A stretch of DNA of 64,000 nt, taken from contig NZ_CAMYOM010000013.1 of NCBI RefSeq assembly GCF_947260015.1, forward strand, positions 29,173-93,172, in the 5' to 3' direction. Shown in pieces: positions 49,897 to 59,140 of the stretch; position 1 is the first letter of the stretch; the number at the start of each line of letters is the position of its first letter. The position numbers and the translations under genes were made by a program. This DNA is from an uncultured Eudoraea sp. (GTDB lineage Bacteria > Bacteroidota > Bacteroidia > Flavobacteriales > Flavobacteriaceae). The notes below the pieces were generated by a model. It did not search any database, was not told the DNA's origin, and worked only from the letters and a program-made list of their open reading frames with translations.

Positions 49897-50395
49897 TTTT
49901 TACTATATCAATTTCATTAGATTCGCCTTACTTGTTCTGGTTCAGGTATTAGTATTTAACAGGTTGAATTTTTTTGGCTTTATCAATCCAATGGTATATA
50001 TACTTTTCCTCTATTGGTATCCAATAAAGGAAAATAGATCAGTTTTTATATTTACCGGATTTTTACTGGGTTTATGCATCGATTTCTTTTCAGACACCAT
50101 GGCTTTGCACGCAGCATCTACGGTTACCATTGCTTATCTGCGGCCTACTATTATGCGTTTTGTTTTTGGGGTTAATTACGAATTTCAGAGTTTCAAATTA
50201 TCTAACACTACCAGGGTACAACAAATTACTTTTTTGACGTTATTAATTGTAGTGCATCATATTATTTTCTTTACTCTGGAAATTTTCAGTCTATCAAATT
50301 TGCTGCTAATTTTGAAGAAAGTTATTTTTACAGGAATTGCCACACTAATACTATGTTTGCTTTTTGGTTCACTTTTCAGTGTAAAGAAAGAATGA
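49880..50395 (+). CDS. mreD: Rod-shape-determining protein MreD
   Basis: Polytopic small membrane protein that overlaps the end of mreC. Assigned by operon position. Confidence 0.7.
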   Translation: MPMTSSFYYINFIRFALLVLVQVLVFNRLNFFGFINPMVYILFLYWYPIKENRSVFIFTGFLLGLCIDFFSDTMALHAASTVTIAYLRPTIMRFVFGVNYEFQSFKLSNTTRVQQITFLTLLIVVHHIIFFTLEIFSLSNLLLILKKVIFTGIATLILCLLFGSLFSVKKE

Positions 50396-50431
50396 GAGGC
50401 ATTATAGCAAAATATTGAAAGCTAAATTTCA

Positions 50432-52300
50432 ATGAAGAAAATATTATTATCGTCCATAATTATCATTATCGGAATTACCTTTATAGGCAGGCTTTCCTAT
50501 TTGCAAATATTCAGCTTTTCACCAGATCAGGTTTTGGAAGACCCTGCTATTAAAGCGATATACGATTATCCTGAACGGGGGTATATATATGATAGAAACG
50601 GGAAACTTTTGGTGGGAAATGATCCGGCCTATGATGTGATGGTTATTCCAAGGGAAGTGAAACCCCTGGACACCCTTGAGTTTTGTAGTCTTTTAGGAAT
50701 AGATAAAGAAAAATTTGTACAAAAACTCCGGAAAGCCAGAATATATTCTCCAAGATTGCCTTCGGTATTAGTGCCTCAACTTTCTAAAGAAGACTATGCC
50801 ATGCTTCAGGAGAAAATGAGGAAATATGATGGGTTTTATATTCAAAAAAGATCTTTAAGGTATTACGACACCAAAGCCGCTGCCAATGTCTTGGGATATA
50901 TTAGAGAGGTAAATGAACGCGACCTGGAAAGAAATCCTTATTACGTGCAGGGAGAATTAACCGGAGGTAAAGGTGTAGAGCAGCAATATGAGGAAATTTT
51001 AAGAGGTAGAAAAGGGGTGCAATATATTCAGAAAGATAGATTCAACAGAGATATAGGACCCTATAAAGCTGGTATTCTTGATACCCTTCCGGAACAAGGC
51101 AAGGAAATAAGCCTCACTCTTGATAAGGAACTTCAGGAATACGGAGAGTTACTAATGCATGGTAAATGGGGAGGAATTGTTGCTATAGAACCATCATCTG
51201 GTGAAATATTAGCCATGATCTCGGGGCCAACCTATGATCCGGCATTACTAGTTGGCAGGGAACGTTCAAAAAATTATAGCAAACTGCATTATGATACTAT
51301 ATCCAAACCCCTTTTTGATAGATCTATTTCGGCTGAAGGCTCACCGGGATCACCATTTAAGACATTAAATGCCCTGGTTGCATTGCAGGAAGGAGTGATC
51401 CGGCCAAGCACAACATTTCGCTGCTATAACGGATTTTATGTGGGTAAGACAAAGAGAGGGTGTCATTGCGGGGGCGGAATAAGAAATTTAAACATCGGCA
51501 TATATAAATCTTGTAATGCATATTTTGCAGGTACATTTCGAAAATTTTATGAAAATTTTCCTACTACAGATGAAGGTCAGGATGTTTGGGAAAAACATAT
51601 GAATAGTTTTGGACTTGGTAATTTTTTAGGATATGATCTTCCTACTGGCAGACCTGGAAGAATCCCAGGTAAGGCGTATTATGACAAATGGTATGGAGAT
51701 GATCGTTGGTCTTCGTCCTATATCATTTCTAATTCCATTGGGCAGGGAGAAATTGCAGCAACACCGGTACAACTGGCAAATATGACAGCAGCTATTGCAA
51801 ATCGTGGTTATTATTATACCCCTCATATTCTGAAGAAAGTTGAAGGTAAGGATATAAGCATTCCGGAATACGTCCAACCTAAATATACCACAATAGACAA
51901 AGAGCATTTTGAACCTGTAGTTAAAGGCATGGCCGAAGTGTATAAAAAAGGTACGGCCAGGTGGGTACAAATACCCGGAATAGAGATTGCAGGTAAAACA
52001 GGTACCGTAGAGAATTATACAAAAATAGATACTGTACGTACGCAACTTACAGATCATTCAGTATTTATCGCTTTTGCCCCTGTAGACAATCCAAAAATTG
52101 CTATAGCAGTTTATATTGAAAATGGCTATTATGGCTCAAGATATGCAGGACATATAGCGTCTCTATTAATAGAAAAGTACCTAAAAGGAACTATTACAAG
52201 AAAGGATCTTGAAAAAAGAATGCTCGACAAAACTCTTGAACATGAATATGCCAAGCCATACAGCGGAGAAGAATTCAAGATAAATGAGTATGTCTGGTAG
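50432..52300 (+). CDS. mrdA: Penicillin-binding protein 2 (elongasome transpeptidase)
   Basis: TM anchor, a PBP dimerisation domain and transpeptidase motifs (SPGSPFK = SxxK, SNS-type, KTGT). Confidence 0.92.
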   Translation: MKKILLSSIIIIIGITFIGRLSYLQIFSFSPDQVLEDPAIKAIYDYPERGYIYDRNGKLLVGNDPAYDVMVIPREVKPLDTLEFCSLLGIDKEKFVQKLRKARIYSPRLPSVLVPQLSKEDYAMLQEKMRKYDGFYIQKRSLRYYDTKAAANVLGYIREVNERDLERNPYYVQGELTGGKGVEQQYEEILRGRKGVQYIQKDRFNRDIGPYKAGILDTLPEQGKEISLTLDKELQEYGELLMHGKWGGIVAIEPSSGEILAMISGPTYDPALLVGRERSKNYSKLHYDTISKPLFDRSISAEGSPGSPFKTLNALVALQEGVIRPSTTFRCYNGFYVGKTKRGCHCGGGIRNLNIGIYKSCNAYFAGTFRKFYENFPTTDEGQDVWEKHMNSFGLGNFLGYDLPTGRPGRIPGKAYYDKWYGDDRWSSSYIISNSIGQGEIAATPVQLANMTAAIANRGYYYTPHILKKVEGKDISIPEYVQPKYTTIDKEHFEPVVKGMAEVYKKGTARWVQIPGIEIAGKTGTVENYTKIDTVRTQLTDHSVFIAFAPVDNPKIAIAVYIENGYYGSRYAGHIASLLIEKYLKGTITRKDLEKRMLDKTLEHEYAKPYSGEEFKINEYVW

Positions 52301-53573
52301 GAAAGTATTTAAGCGAATTGACTGGCTTACCGTTTTATTTTACCTTTTATTAGTAGGGATAGGTTGGATAAATATCTATTCCAGTACATTTTCAGGAAAC
52401 AACTTCTCTGTTTTCGATTTTAGTCAGTTGTACGGAAAACAATTAATTTTTATTGGATTAAGCCTGATAAGTATCCTGGTTATACTTGCACTCGAGGCCA
52501 GTTTTTATGAACGTTTTTCCAGTGTTTTGTACATTATTTCTATCGTCCTTCTTTTAGGCCTTTTTGTATTTGGAAAGACCATTGCCGGAGCAACTTCATG
52601 GTACAACCTGGGATTTTTTAATTTTCAACCTTCTGAGCTGGCCAAAGTTGCCACCGCTTTAGCTTTGGCTAAGTATTTAAGTGATATTCAAACAGATATT
52701 AAAAACCGGAAAGATCAATATTATTCTTTTTTAATTATTTTGATTCCGGCCTTTTTAATCATCCCACAACCAGACCCGGGCAGTGCATTGGTATTTTTCT
52801 CCCTGGTTTTTGTCCTTTTCAGAGAGGGGTTACCACTTTTTTATCTTGGGCTTGCCATTTTAGCTGTCGTGGTTTTTATTACCACCTTAATGTTCGGTAC
52901 AATTTGGGTAGGTATTGCCCTGGCTTTAATAATTGCTCTTTTTCTCTTACTGAAGAGAGCCTCTTTTAAAGTTCCTATCTTGCCATTAATAATGGTTTTT
53001 GTTGTTTCAATAGCCTTTTCTTTGTCTGTAAATTTTGTTTTTAATAATGTATTTGAGCAACGTCACAGAGACAGATTCAGCCTTTGGCTTAGGTTGGAAA
53101 AAGACCCCAATAAGCTCGAAGAAATTCGCAAAACCATAGGATATAATACGTACCAATCTGAAAAGGCTATCGAATCTGGTGGATTCTTTGGCAAAGGCTT
53201 TTTAGAAGGAACCAGAACAAAGGGCGATTTTGTACCTGAACAGCATACAGATTATATTTTTAGTACTGTGGGTGAAGAGTGGGGCTTTCTGGGCACAACA
53301 ATCGTTGTTATTCTCTTTACATTGCTGCTTCTACGACTTGTCTATCTGGCCGAAAGACAAAAAAACAGTTTCAGCCGAATGTATGGATACGGAGTAATAT
53401 CTATACTGCTGATCCATTACTTTATAAATATTGGAATGGTCATTGGCGTACTCCCAACAATTGGCATTCCATTACCTTTCTTCAGTTACGGAGGATCCGG
53501 CCTTCTAGGGTTTACAATTCTTTTATTTATATTTCTGAAATTAGATGCGAACAGGTTAAATGAGTGGGGCTAG
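52284..53573 (+). CDS. rodA: Peptidoglycan glycosyltransferase RodA (SEDS family)
   Basis: SEDS family blocks (FQPSELAK, PDPGSAL, TDYIFSTVGEEWGF, LPFFSYGGS). Its start overlaps the end of mrdA. Confidence 0.9.
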   Translation: MSMSGRKVFKRIDWLTVLFYLLLVGIGWINIYSSTFSGNNFSVFDFSQLYGKQLIFIGLSLISILVILALEASFYERFSSVLYIISIVLLLGLFVFGKTIAGATSWYNLGFFNFQPSELAKVATALALAKYLSDIQTDIKNRKDQYYSFLIILIPAFLIIPQPDPGSALVFFSLVFVLFREGLPLFYLGLAILAVVVFITTLMFGTIWVGIALALIIALFLLLKRASFKVPILPLIMVFVVSIAFSLSVNFVFNNVFEQRHRDRFSLWLRLEKDPNKLEEIRKTIGYNTYQSEKAIESGGFFGKGFLEGTRTKGDFVPEQHTDYIFSTVGEEWGFLGTTIVVILFTLLLLRLVYLAERQKNSFSRMYGYGVISILLIHYFINIGMVIGVLPTIGIPLPFFSYGGSGLLGFTILLFIFLKLDANRLNEWG

Positions 53574-54391
53574 AATTTCCAATGCTTTGTATTTATACTA
53601 CGTTCCAGGCGCGATTCGATTTCTTCATCCATTTTACTAAAAAAATCTATTCCGCTTAACTCCTCCAAATCATCTACGCTCACCAAAAAATTACTAAGCG
53701 ATTCCTTTGTGTCCTTATGAGGAATTAGAAAAGCAAGAACTTTTATATCCCTCCCATCTTCTTTGACTACAATTTTATAATATCTTTTGGGGACTGCCAC
53801 ATCTTCTTCTCCAATAGTCGGAAGGTCTTTTTCCAGAATACCACCGGTAATAATATACAGCTTACCATATTGCTTACTCCAGCTCCTTATCTTCCTTTCC
53901 AATTCGTTCCATATCCCCGAATTAAAATCATTCTTTTGAGGTGTAATGTTGCTGGTATAAAAAGTTTCATTATAGGCATAAACTGAAAACCTTCGGTCTC
54001 CTGCCGGACAAAGATGCCCCCTGTCATATCCGGAGCCTTTATAATTTCTCCAATCAGCAGATTTAGTGCTTACTTTAGGGTCTTCAATATAATCAGGACG
54101 ATCCCTGTCGTCATAGGTAAGATGACTTCGATTTAGAACGTAAGCTACCCATTCGGCCTGTTCATAACGTTCCTTATAAGAAAGAATATAATTACTGTGA
54201 ACCACTATTTCTCCAGAAGTTGAAGCTGGTAATATTTTATCCGGCACTTCAGAAGTTAAAACATCATTAGTGGGGGCGGAATACAAATCGGGAGTATAAA
54301 AATTCTCAAACAGCCAAAAACCTACTATACAAAGGATCAACAAAGAGATATAAATATTTCTGTTGGTTCTTCGTGATCTGCTTTGCATCAT
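53570..54391 (-). CDS. DNA/RNA non-specific endonuclease (Serratia NucA / beta-beta-alpha-Me family), membrane-anchored or secreted
   Basis: DRGHLCPAGD active-site motif and an N-terminal hydrophobic anchor. Confidence 0.85.
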   Translation of the reverse strand: MMQSRSRRTNRNIYISLLILCIVGFWLFENFYTPDLYSAPTNDVLTSEVPDKILPASTSGEIVVHSNYILSYKERYEQAEWVAYVLNRSHLTYDDRDRPDYIEDPKVSTKSADWRNYKGSGYDRGHLCPAGDRRFSVYAYNETFYTSNITPQKNDFNSGIWNELERKIRSWSKQYGKLYIITGGILEKDLPTIGEEDVAVPKRYYKIVVKEDGRDIKVLAFLIPHKDTKESLSNFLVSVDDLEELSGIDFFSKMDEEIESRLERSINTKHWKF

Positions 54392-54535
54392 AGATCAAAT
54401 TTAGTTTAATTTCACTGAATATTATATTGCATAGATTGTAAGTTAGAAGCAATAAATCCGACAAAAATTACTTATTTTCCCTTTCAGGAAATTTATTGAA
54501 TTTGAATTTGAAGTACTCACCATAATTGTAATACG

Positions 54536-54997
54536 ATGTTAACCTGGAAAAATATAATGAGCTTTACAGTAAAAGGAAATCCCGCACCAGACAGGCGCGT
54601 TGAAAAAACAGAAAATGAATGGCGTGAAATACTCACACCGGACCAATTCCGGATTACCCGAAAAAAAGGAACTGAAGCACCTCATTCCGGAGCACTATGC
54701 AGCATACATGATGCCGGTAAATATTCCTGTGTATGTTGCGGCACCCCTTTATTTGATTCCACTATTAAATTTGAATCAGGAACAGGATGGCCGAGTTTTA
54801 CACAACCTATTGAAGAAAATGCCATAAAATATGAAAAGGATGTCACATTTGGAATGATCAGGGTGGAAGTGCTTTGCAATACCTGCGACGCACATTTAGG
54901 GCATGTATTTCCAGATGGTCCTGAACCTAGTGGGCTTCGCTATTGTATTAACTCTGAGTCTATGACAATTGAAAAGGAGGTTGTTGATGGAAAGTAA
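54536..54997 (+). CDS. msrB: Peptide-methionine (R)-S-oxide reductase
   Basis: SelR motifs: CVCCGTPLF, GWPSF, CNTCDAHLGHVF and the catalytic RYCINS. Confidence 0.92.
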   Translation: MLTWKNIMSFTVKGNPAPDRRVEKTENEWREILTPDQFRITRKKGTEAPHSGALCSIHDAGKYSCVCCGTPLFDSTIKFESGTGWPSFTQPIEENAIKYEKDVTFGMIRVEVLCNTCDAHLGHVFPDGPEPSGLRYCINSESMTIEKEVVDGK

Positions 54998-55535
54998 AAA
55001 ATTGGAATTGGCAACTATGGGTGGAGGTTGTTTTTGGTGTACCGAAGCTGTTTTATTAGAAGTGAAAGGGGTAGAAAAGGTAGTCTCAGGATATTCAGGC
55101 GGGAATGCTCCAGGCAAGCCTACTTATAGGGAAATATGCTCTGGACTAACTGGTCATGCAGAGGTAATTCAGCTAAGCTTTGATCCTGATGTTATTTCTT
55201 TTCATGATTTATTAATGATTTTTATGACTACTCATGACCCCACGACCCTAAACAGACAGGGTGCAGATGTTGGGACACAATACCGTTCTGTCATTTTTTA
55301 CCATGACGAAAATCAAAAAGATGTGGCCGAAGGGGTTCTAAGTGAAATTTCTTCCTATTATGAGGATCCGGTGGTTACAGAATTAAGCCCGCTAGAAATA
55401 TTTTATGAGGCTGAGGACTATCACCAGGATTATTATCAAAATAACCAAAGTCAGGGTTATTGTAATTTTGTAATTACTCCAAAGTTGGCCAAGCTTAGAA
55501 AAATACATGCGGACAAACTTAAAAATGCTATTTAA
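54987..55535 (+). CDS. msrA: Peptide-methionine (S)-S-oxide reductase
   Basis: GGGCFWC active-site motif. The start is taken at the ATG at 54987, which is preceded by AAGGAGG. It overlaps msrB by 11 nt. Confidence 0.92.
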   Translation: MESKKLELATMGGGCFWCTEAVLLEVKGVEKVVSGYSGGNAPGKPTYREICSGLTGHAEVIQLSFDPDVISFHDLLMIFMTTHDPTTLNRQGADVGTQYRSVIFYHDENQKDVAEGVLSEISSYYEDPVVTELSPLEIFYEAEDYHQDYYQNNQSQGYCNFVITPKLAKLRKIHADKLKNAI

Positions 55536-55573
55536 GTATTTCTCTTCTGACCATAGTGGCATTGAAATTAACT

Positions 55574-55608
55574 AAAAAGAGCTCCAGTAAAATTACCGGA
55601 GCTCTTTT
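55574..55608. terminator. Bidirectional rho-independent terminator between convergent msrA and the S41 protease gene
   Basis: 11-bp arms aaaagagctcc/ggagctctttt, with A/T runs on both sides. Confidence 0.8.
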
Positions 55609-55630
55609 CTTAACTGTAAACAATTATTTA

Positions 55631-57760
55631 CTAGCCTTTTACACTTGCTAATTTACCTTTTTTAATATTGTTTATTTTTAAATCCTGAAGCACATTTATT
55701 GCCTCTTCTACATAGACATCCTTTGCAAGATTATTATGCCAACGGTCGCGCTTTTCCCTTAATACAGAATCTTTTGTGAAAAGCTCTTCTTCATATTTCA
55801 GAGATTCAAATGTCAAATGCGAGTCGTAATCTGAAATAGTCTTAAAATAGGTAGATTTTGCTTTATCCTTTTTCTCTTCTCTTTTGTAAATATCAAAATT
55901 AAGAGAAACCACATTTTCCTCCTGCTGTGTCTTGAGCCATTTGGCGTTTTCTTCAATCAAAGCAATCTGAGGATTTGCAGACATGCGCTTGGTACTATTC
56001 GCAATAGTTGTTTCATAATCAATATACCCATCCCAGACCTGGTAATCTGCTGGTGATATTTTGTCCCAGCTCAAAGGGTTGCGCTGATCTCTTTCCCCCA
56101 GGTCGATATAACTGTATCTATCTGGAACAACAACATCACTTTTAACTCCTTCCAACTGTGTTGATCCTCCATTTATCCTATAAAATTTTTGAGTCGTAAG
56201 TTTTATTGCTCCAAGATCACCATGTTCATTACTTCTAACAATATTTTCTAAAGGGATTACATTTTGTACTGTTCCCTTACCAAAAGTCTGTTTACTGCCA
56301 ATCACAACAGCTCTTTTATAGTCTTGCATGGCAGCTGCCAATATTTCAGAAGCGGAGGCAGAAAGCTCATTTACTAAAATAACAAGCGGACCGTCCCATT
56401 GAATTCTTTCATCCTTATCCTCATATACATCCTTATCTTTTCCGGAAGACCTAACCTGAACGATTGGGCCATCTTTTATGAAAAGACCAGCCATTTCCAC
56501 GACTGTTTTAAGAGATCCGCCTCCATTATCCCTAAGGTCAATTACAAGGCCTTCTGCACCTTCCTTCTTTAAAAGTTCAACTTCTTTGGCCACATCTGTG
56601 GCTGCATTTCTTTCGGCATAATCATTAAAATCCACATAGAACTTAGGAAGGTTAATAATCCCGTACTTTTGATTTTCTTTAATAACTGTTGCAGATTTGG
56701 CATAACTCTCTTCAAGTTCAACTACATCTCTTGTAATGGAAATTTCTTCTATAGAGCCATCCACTTTCCTAACAGTTAAATCAACTACCGTACCCTTAGG
56801 GCCTTTAATTAGTTTGATAGCATCATCCAAACGCATCCCAACAATATTTACAGGTAACTCACCGTTCTGGCCGACTTTTAATATTTCGTCACCAACTTCC
56901 AGTTGCTGATTTCTCCACACAGGTCCGCCGGAAATGATTTCAACAATCTTAGCGCCCTCCGGTTTTTTCTGCAATCTTGCGCCAATCCCTTCAAATTTAC
57001 CAGACATGCCAATGTCAAATTTATCTTTTTCCTCCGGAGCGAAATAATACGTATGAGGGTCAAACTCATCAACTATTGTATTGATATAGTATACAAACCA
57101 ATCTTCTCGTTTAAGATCGTCTACAAAATCGAAATATTCATCCAAAGTCTTTTTGGTAGATTCTCTGGCCTCTGATTCCATTTGTGAAACTGCCATACCT
57201 TCGTAATCTGAATCATCTTTCTTTTTTTGCTCCTGTGCTTTGAATTTAGAATCATACGTTCCAATAGTAGCATATTTTAGTTGTTTCCTCCATCGCTCTT
57301 TAAGTTCATTTCTGCTTGCTGCAAATGTCTGGTCCCTATAATCTATATTAATAGATTCCTCGATTGTATAATCGAAAGGATCACTTAAAACTTCGTCATA
57401 AACGGATTTGGCATTTTCCATTCGCATCATGAATCTGGAATAAACCATATTAAAGAAAGATATATCTGTATTTCTTATCTGATCATCTATTTGAAATTTG
57501 TATTTCTCAAATTCCAAAATATCTTCTTCTAAAAAATATCTTTTTGTAGGGTCAATGACATCTATAAAATCTTCAAAAACACTAACAGAGAAATCATCAT
57601 TAATTTCTTTTGGCTCATAGTGCCCGCGCTCTAAAATATATGTAATAAGATCTAAGAGTAATTTATCCTTATCATCATTTTCAAATGACTTATTGGTAAA
57701 ACTGCATGATGCTACCGCAATAAGTATCACCAAAAATCCAAGTATGAGGTTTCTTTTCAT
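55631..57760 (-). CDS. Carboxy-terminal processing (tail-specific) protease, S41 family
   Basis: Lipoprotein-like signal (AVASC), a PDZ region and the S41 catalytic block (LVNELSASASEILA...). The start is taken at the ATG at 57760. The track ORF begins at an upstream TTG. Confidence 0.9.
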   Translation of the reverse strand: MKRNLILGFLVILIAVASCSFTNKSFENDDKDKLLLDLITYILERGHYEPKEINDDFSVSVFEDFIDVIDPTKRYFLEEDILEFEKYKFQIDDQIRNTDISFFNMVYSRFMMRMENAKSVYDEVLSDPFDYTIEESINIDYRDQTFAASRNELKERWRKQLKYATIGTYDSKFKAQEQKKKDDSDYEGMAVSQMESEARESTKKTLDEYFDFVDDLKREDWFVYYINTIVDEFDPHTYYFAPEEKDKFDIGMSGKFEGIGARLQKKPEGAKIVEIISGGPVWRNQQLEVGDEILKVGQNGELPVNIVGMRLDDAIKLIKGPKGTVVDLTVRKVDGSIEEISITRDVVELEESYAKSATVIKENQKYGIINLPKFYVDFNDYAERNAATDVAKEVELLKKEGAEGLVIDLRDNGGGSLKTVVEMAGLFIKDGPIVQVRSSGKDKDVYEDKDERIQWDGPLVILVNELSASASEILAAAMQDYKRAVVIGSKQTFGKGTVQNVIPLENIVRSNEHGDLGAIKLTTQKFYRINGGSTQLEGVKSDVVVPDRYSYIDLGERDQRNPLSWDKISPADYQVWDGYIDYETTIANSTKRMSANPQIALIEENAKWLKTQQEENVVSLNFDIYKREEKKDKAKSTYFKTISDYDSHLTFESLKYEEELFTKDSVLREKRDRWHNNLAKDVYVEEAINVLQDLKINNIKKGKLASVKG

Positions 57761-58053
57761 GTATTTTTTTTTATTTGTGGCTCGAATTAACCCACTTAAT
57801 AACAAACTTTAATAATATAAAAAACATAGCAATGCCTATGAATTCCCTAAGATAAAGAAAAAACCATGCCACTTTGCAAGCCTGCAGCATTAATTTTTTG
57901 TTAAACACCATTAGAGTTTGTTTCCAACAAGCTTTAATAATCAAGCAGTTGTACCGATTTTTCAGTATAGAGAAACTATATTCAAGAACATACCATAACT
58001 ATTGTTTTTGAACAGGCCCTCCATTCGTGCGCCATAATAACATATTAAAAACG

Positions 58054-58061
58054 TATTTTTG
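58054..58061 (+). promoter_or_regulatory. Candidate -7 box TATTTTTG upstream of surE
   Basis: Matches TAnnTTTG and lies 19 nt upstream of the ATG at 58080. Confidence 0.4.
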
Positions 58062-58079
58062 CCGTAGAAAGTATGCGGT

Positions 58080-58862
58080 ATGCAAAAACCCCTTATTCTG
58101 GTTACCAATGACGATGGAATAACGGCCCCGGGCTTAAGAGCACTTGTTCGATATATGAAGGCAATTGGAGAAGTTGTAGTTGTTGCGCCAGATAGTCCAC
58201 AATCGGGAATGGGACATGCCATTACACTGGATAGTACGCTTTACTCCAAGAAAATTACCATAGGTCTTGAAAATGGAGGCCATGAAGAGTACAGCTGTAG
58301 CGGAACTCCTGCCGATTGTGTAAAATTGGCACTTCAGGAAATACTTGGGAGAAAACCTGACCTCTGCGTTAGTGGCATAAATCACGGTTCTAATTCTTCT
58401 ATAAATGTTATCTACTCAGGAACCATGAGTGCTGCGATAGAAGCGGGAATTGAAGGTATCCCTGCTATTGGGTTTTCATTATGTGATTATTCATGGGAAG
58501 CAAATTTTAAACCCGCTGAAATAGCAATAAAAAAAATTGTAGAAGAGGCACTAAGCAACGGAATCCCTAAGGGAGTAGTTCTCAATGTAAATATTCCTAA
58601 AACCAATAATGGTGAAGGCTTAAAAGGAATAAAAGTATGCCGACAGGCAAGGGCCAACTGGAAGGAAAAGTTTGACAAACGAACCAATCCAATGGGCAAA
58701 GATTACTATTGGCTTACCGGTGAATTTGAATTATTAGATAAAGGAGAAGACACCGATGAATGGGCCTTAAGTAACGGCTATATCTCAGTAGTTCCCACAC
58801 AGTTTGATTTAACAGCACATCACGTCATACAGGATATAAACAGCTGGTCTTTAAATGAATAA
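58080..58862 (+). CDS. surE: 5'/3'-nucleotidase SurE
   Basis: The N-terminal motif ILVTNDDGITAPG and the blocks GINHGSN...YSGTMSAA. Confidence 0.95.
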   Translation: MQKPLILVTNDDGITAPGLRALVRYMKAIGEVVVVAPDSPQSGMGHAITLDSTLYSKKITIGLENGGHEEYSCSGTPADCVKLALQEILGRKPDLCVSGINHGSNSSINVIYSGTMSAAIEAGIEGIPAIGFSLCDYSWEANFKPAEIAIKKIVEEALSNGIPKGVVLNVNIPKTNNGEGLKGIKVCRQARANWKEKFDKRTNPMGKDYYWLTGEFELLDKGEDTDEWALSNGYISVVPTQFDLTAHHVIQDINSWSLNE

Positions 58863-59139
58863 TAAAAAGGAAATATTAATTGGTTTCGCGGTAGGAATTA
58901 TCGCCAATATCATAGGAACACTTTTGTACATACTTTTGTTTTCCGATTTTGGGATTATGGAAACATTCAATGCAGCAGTTAAACAAGGGCATATTGGCAG
59001 TTTGTTAGCCTTAGGTGCAATTTTAAATCTCTTCGCCTTTTTTGGCTTTCTAAAATTAAGAAGGGATCAAAGGGCAAAGGGAGTATTAGTTGCCACTTTA
59101 CTTACTGCTTTGGTTATTCTCTATTATAAGATTTTCTAG
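58855..59139 (+). CDS. Small hypothetical membrane protein (3 TM)
   Basis: 94-aa hydrophobic ORF that exactly fills the surE-lpxB gap. It overlaps the surE stop by 8 nt and ends 1 nt before the lpxB ATG. Confidence 0.45.
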   Translation: MNNKKEILIGFAVGIIANIIGTLLYILLFSDFGIMETFNAAVKQGHIGSLLALGAILNLFAFFGFLKLRRDQRAKGVLVATLLTALVILYYKIF

Positions 59140-59140
59140 A

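Noticed and set aside
57962-58222. 86-aa minus-strand ORF overlapping the surE start and promoter region
   Set aside because: It overlaps the well-supported surE N-terminus (ILVTNDDGITAPG) in antisense and has no motif, so it is likely spurious.
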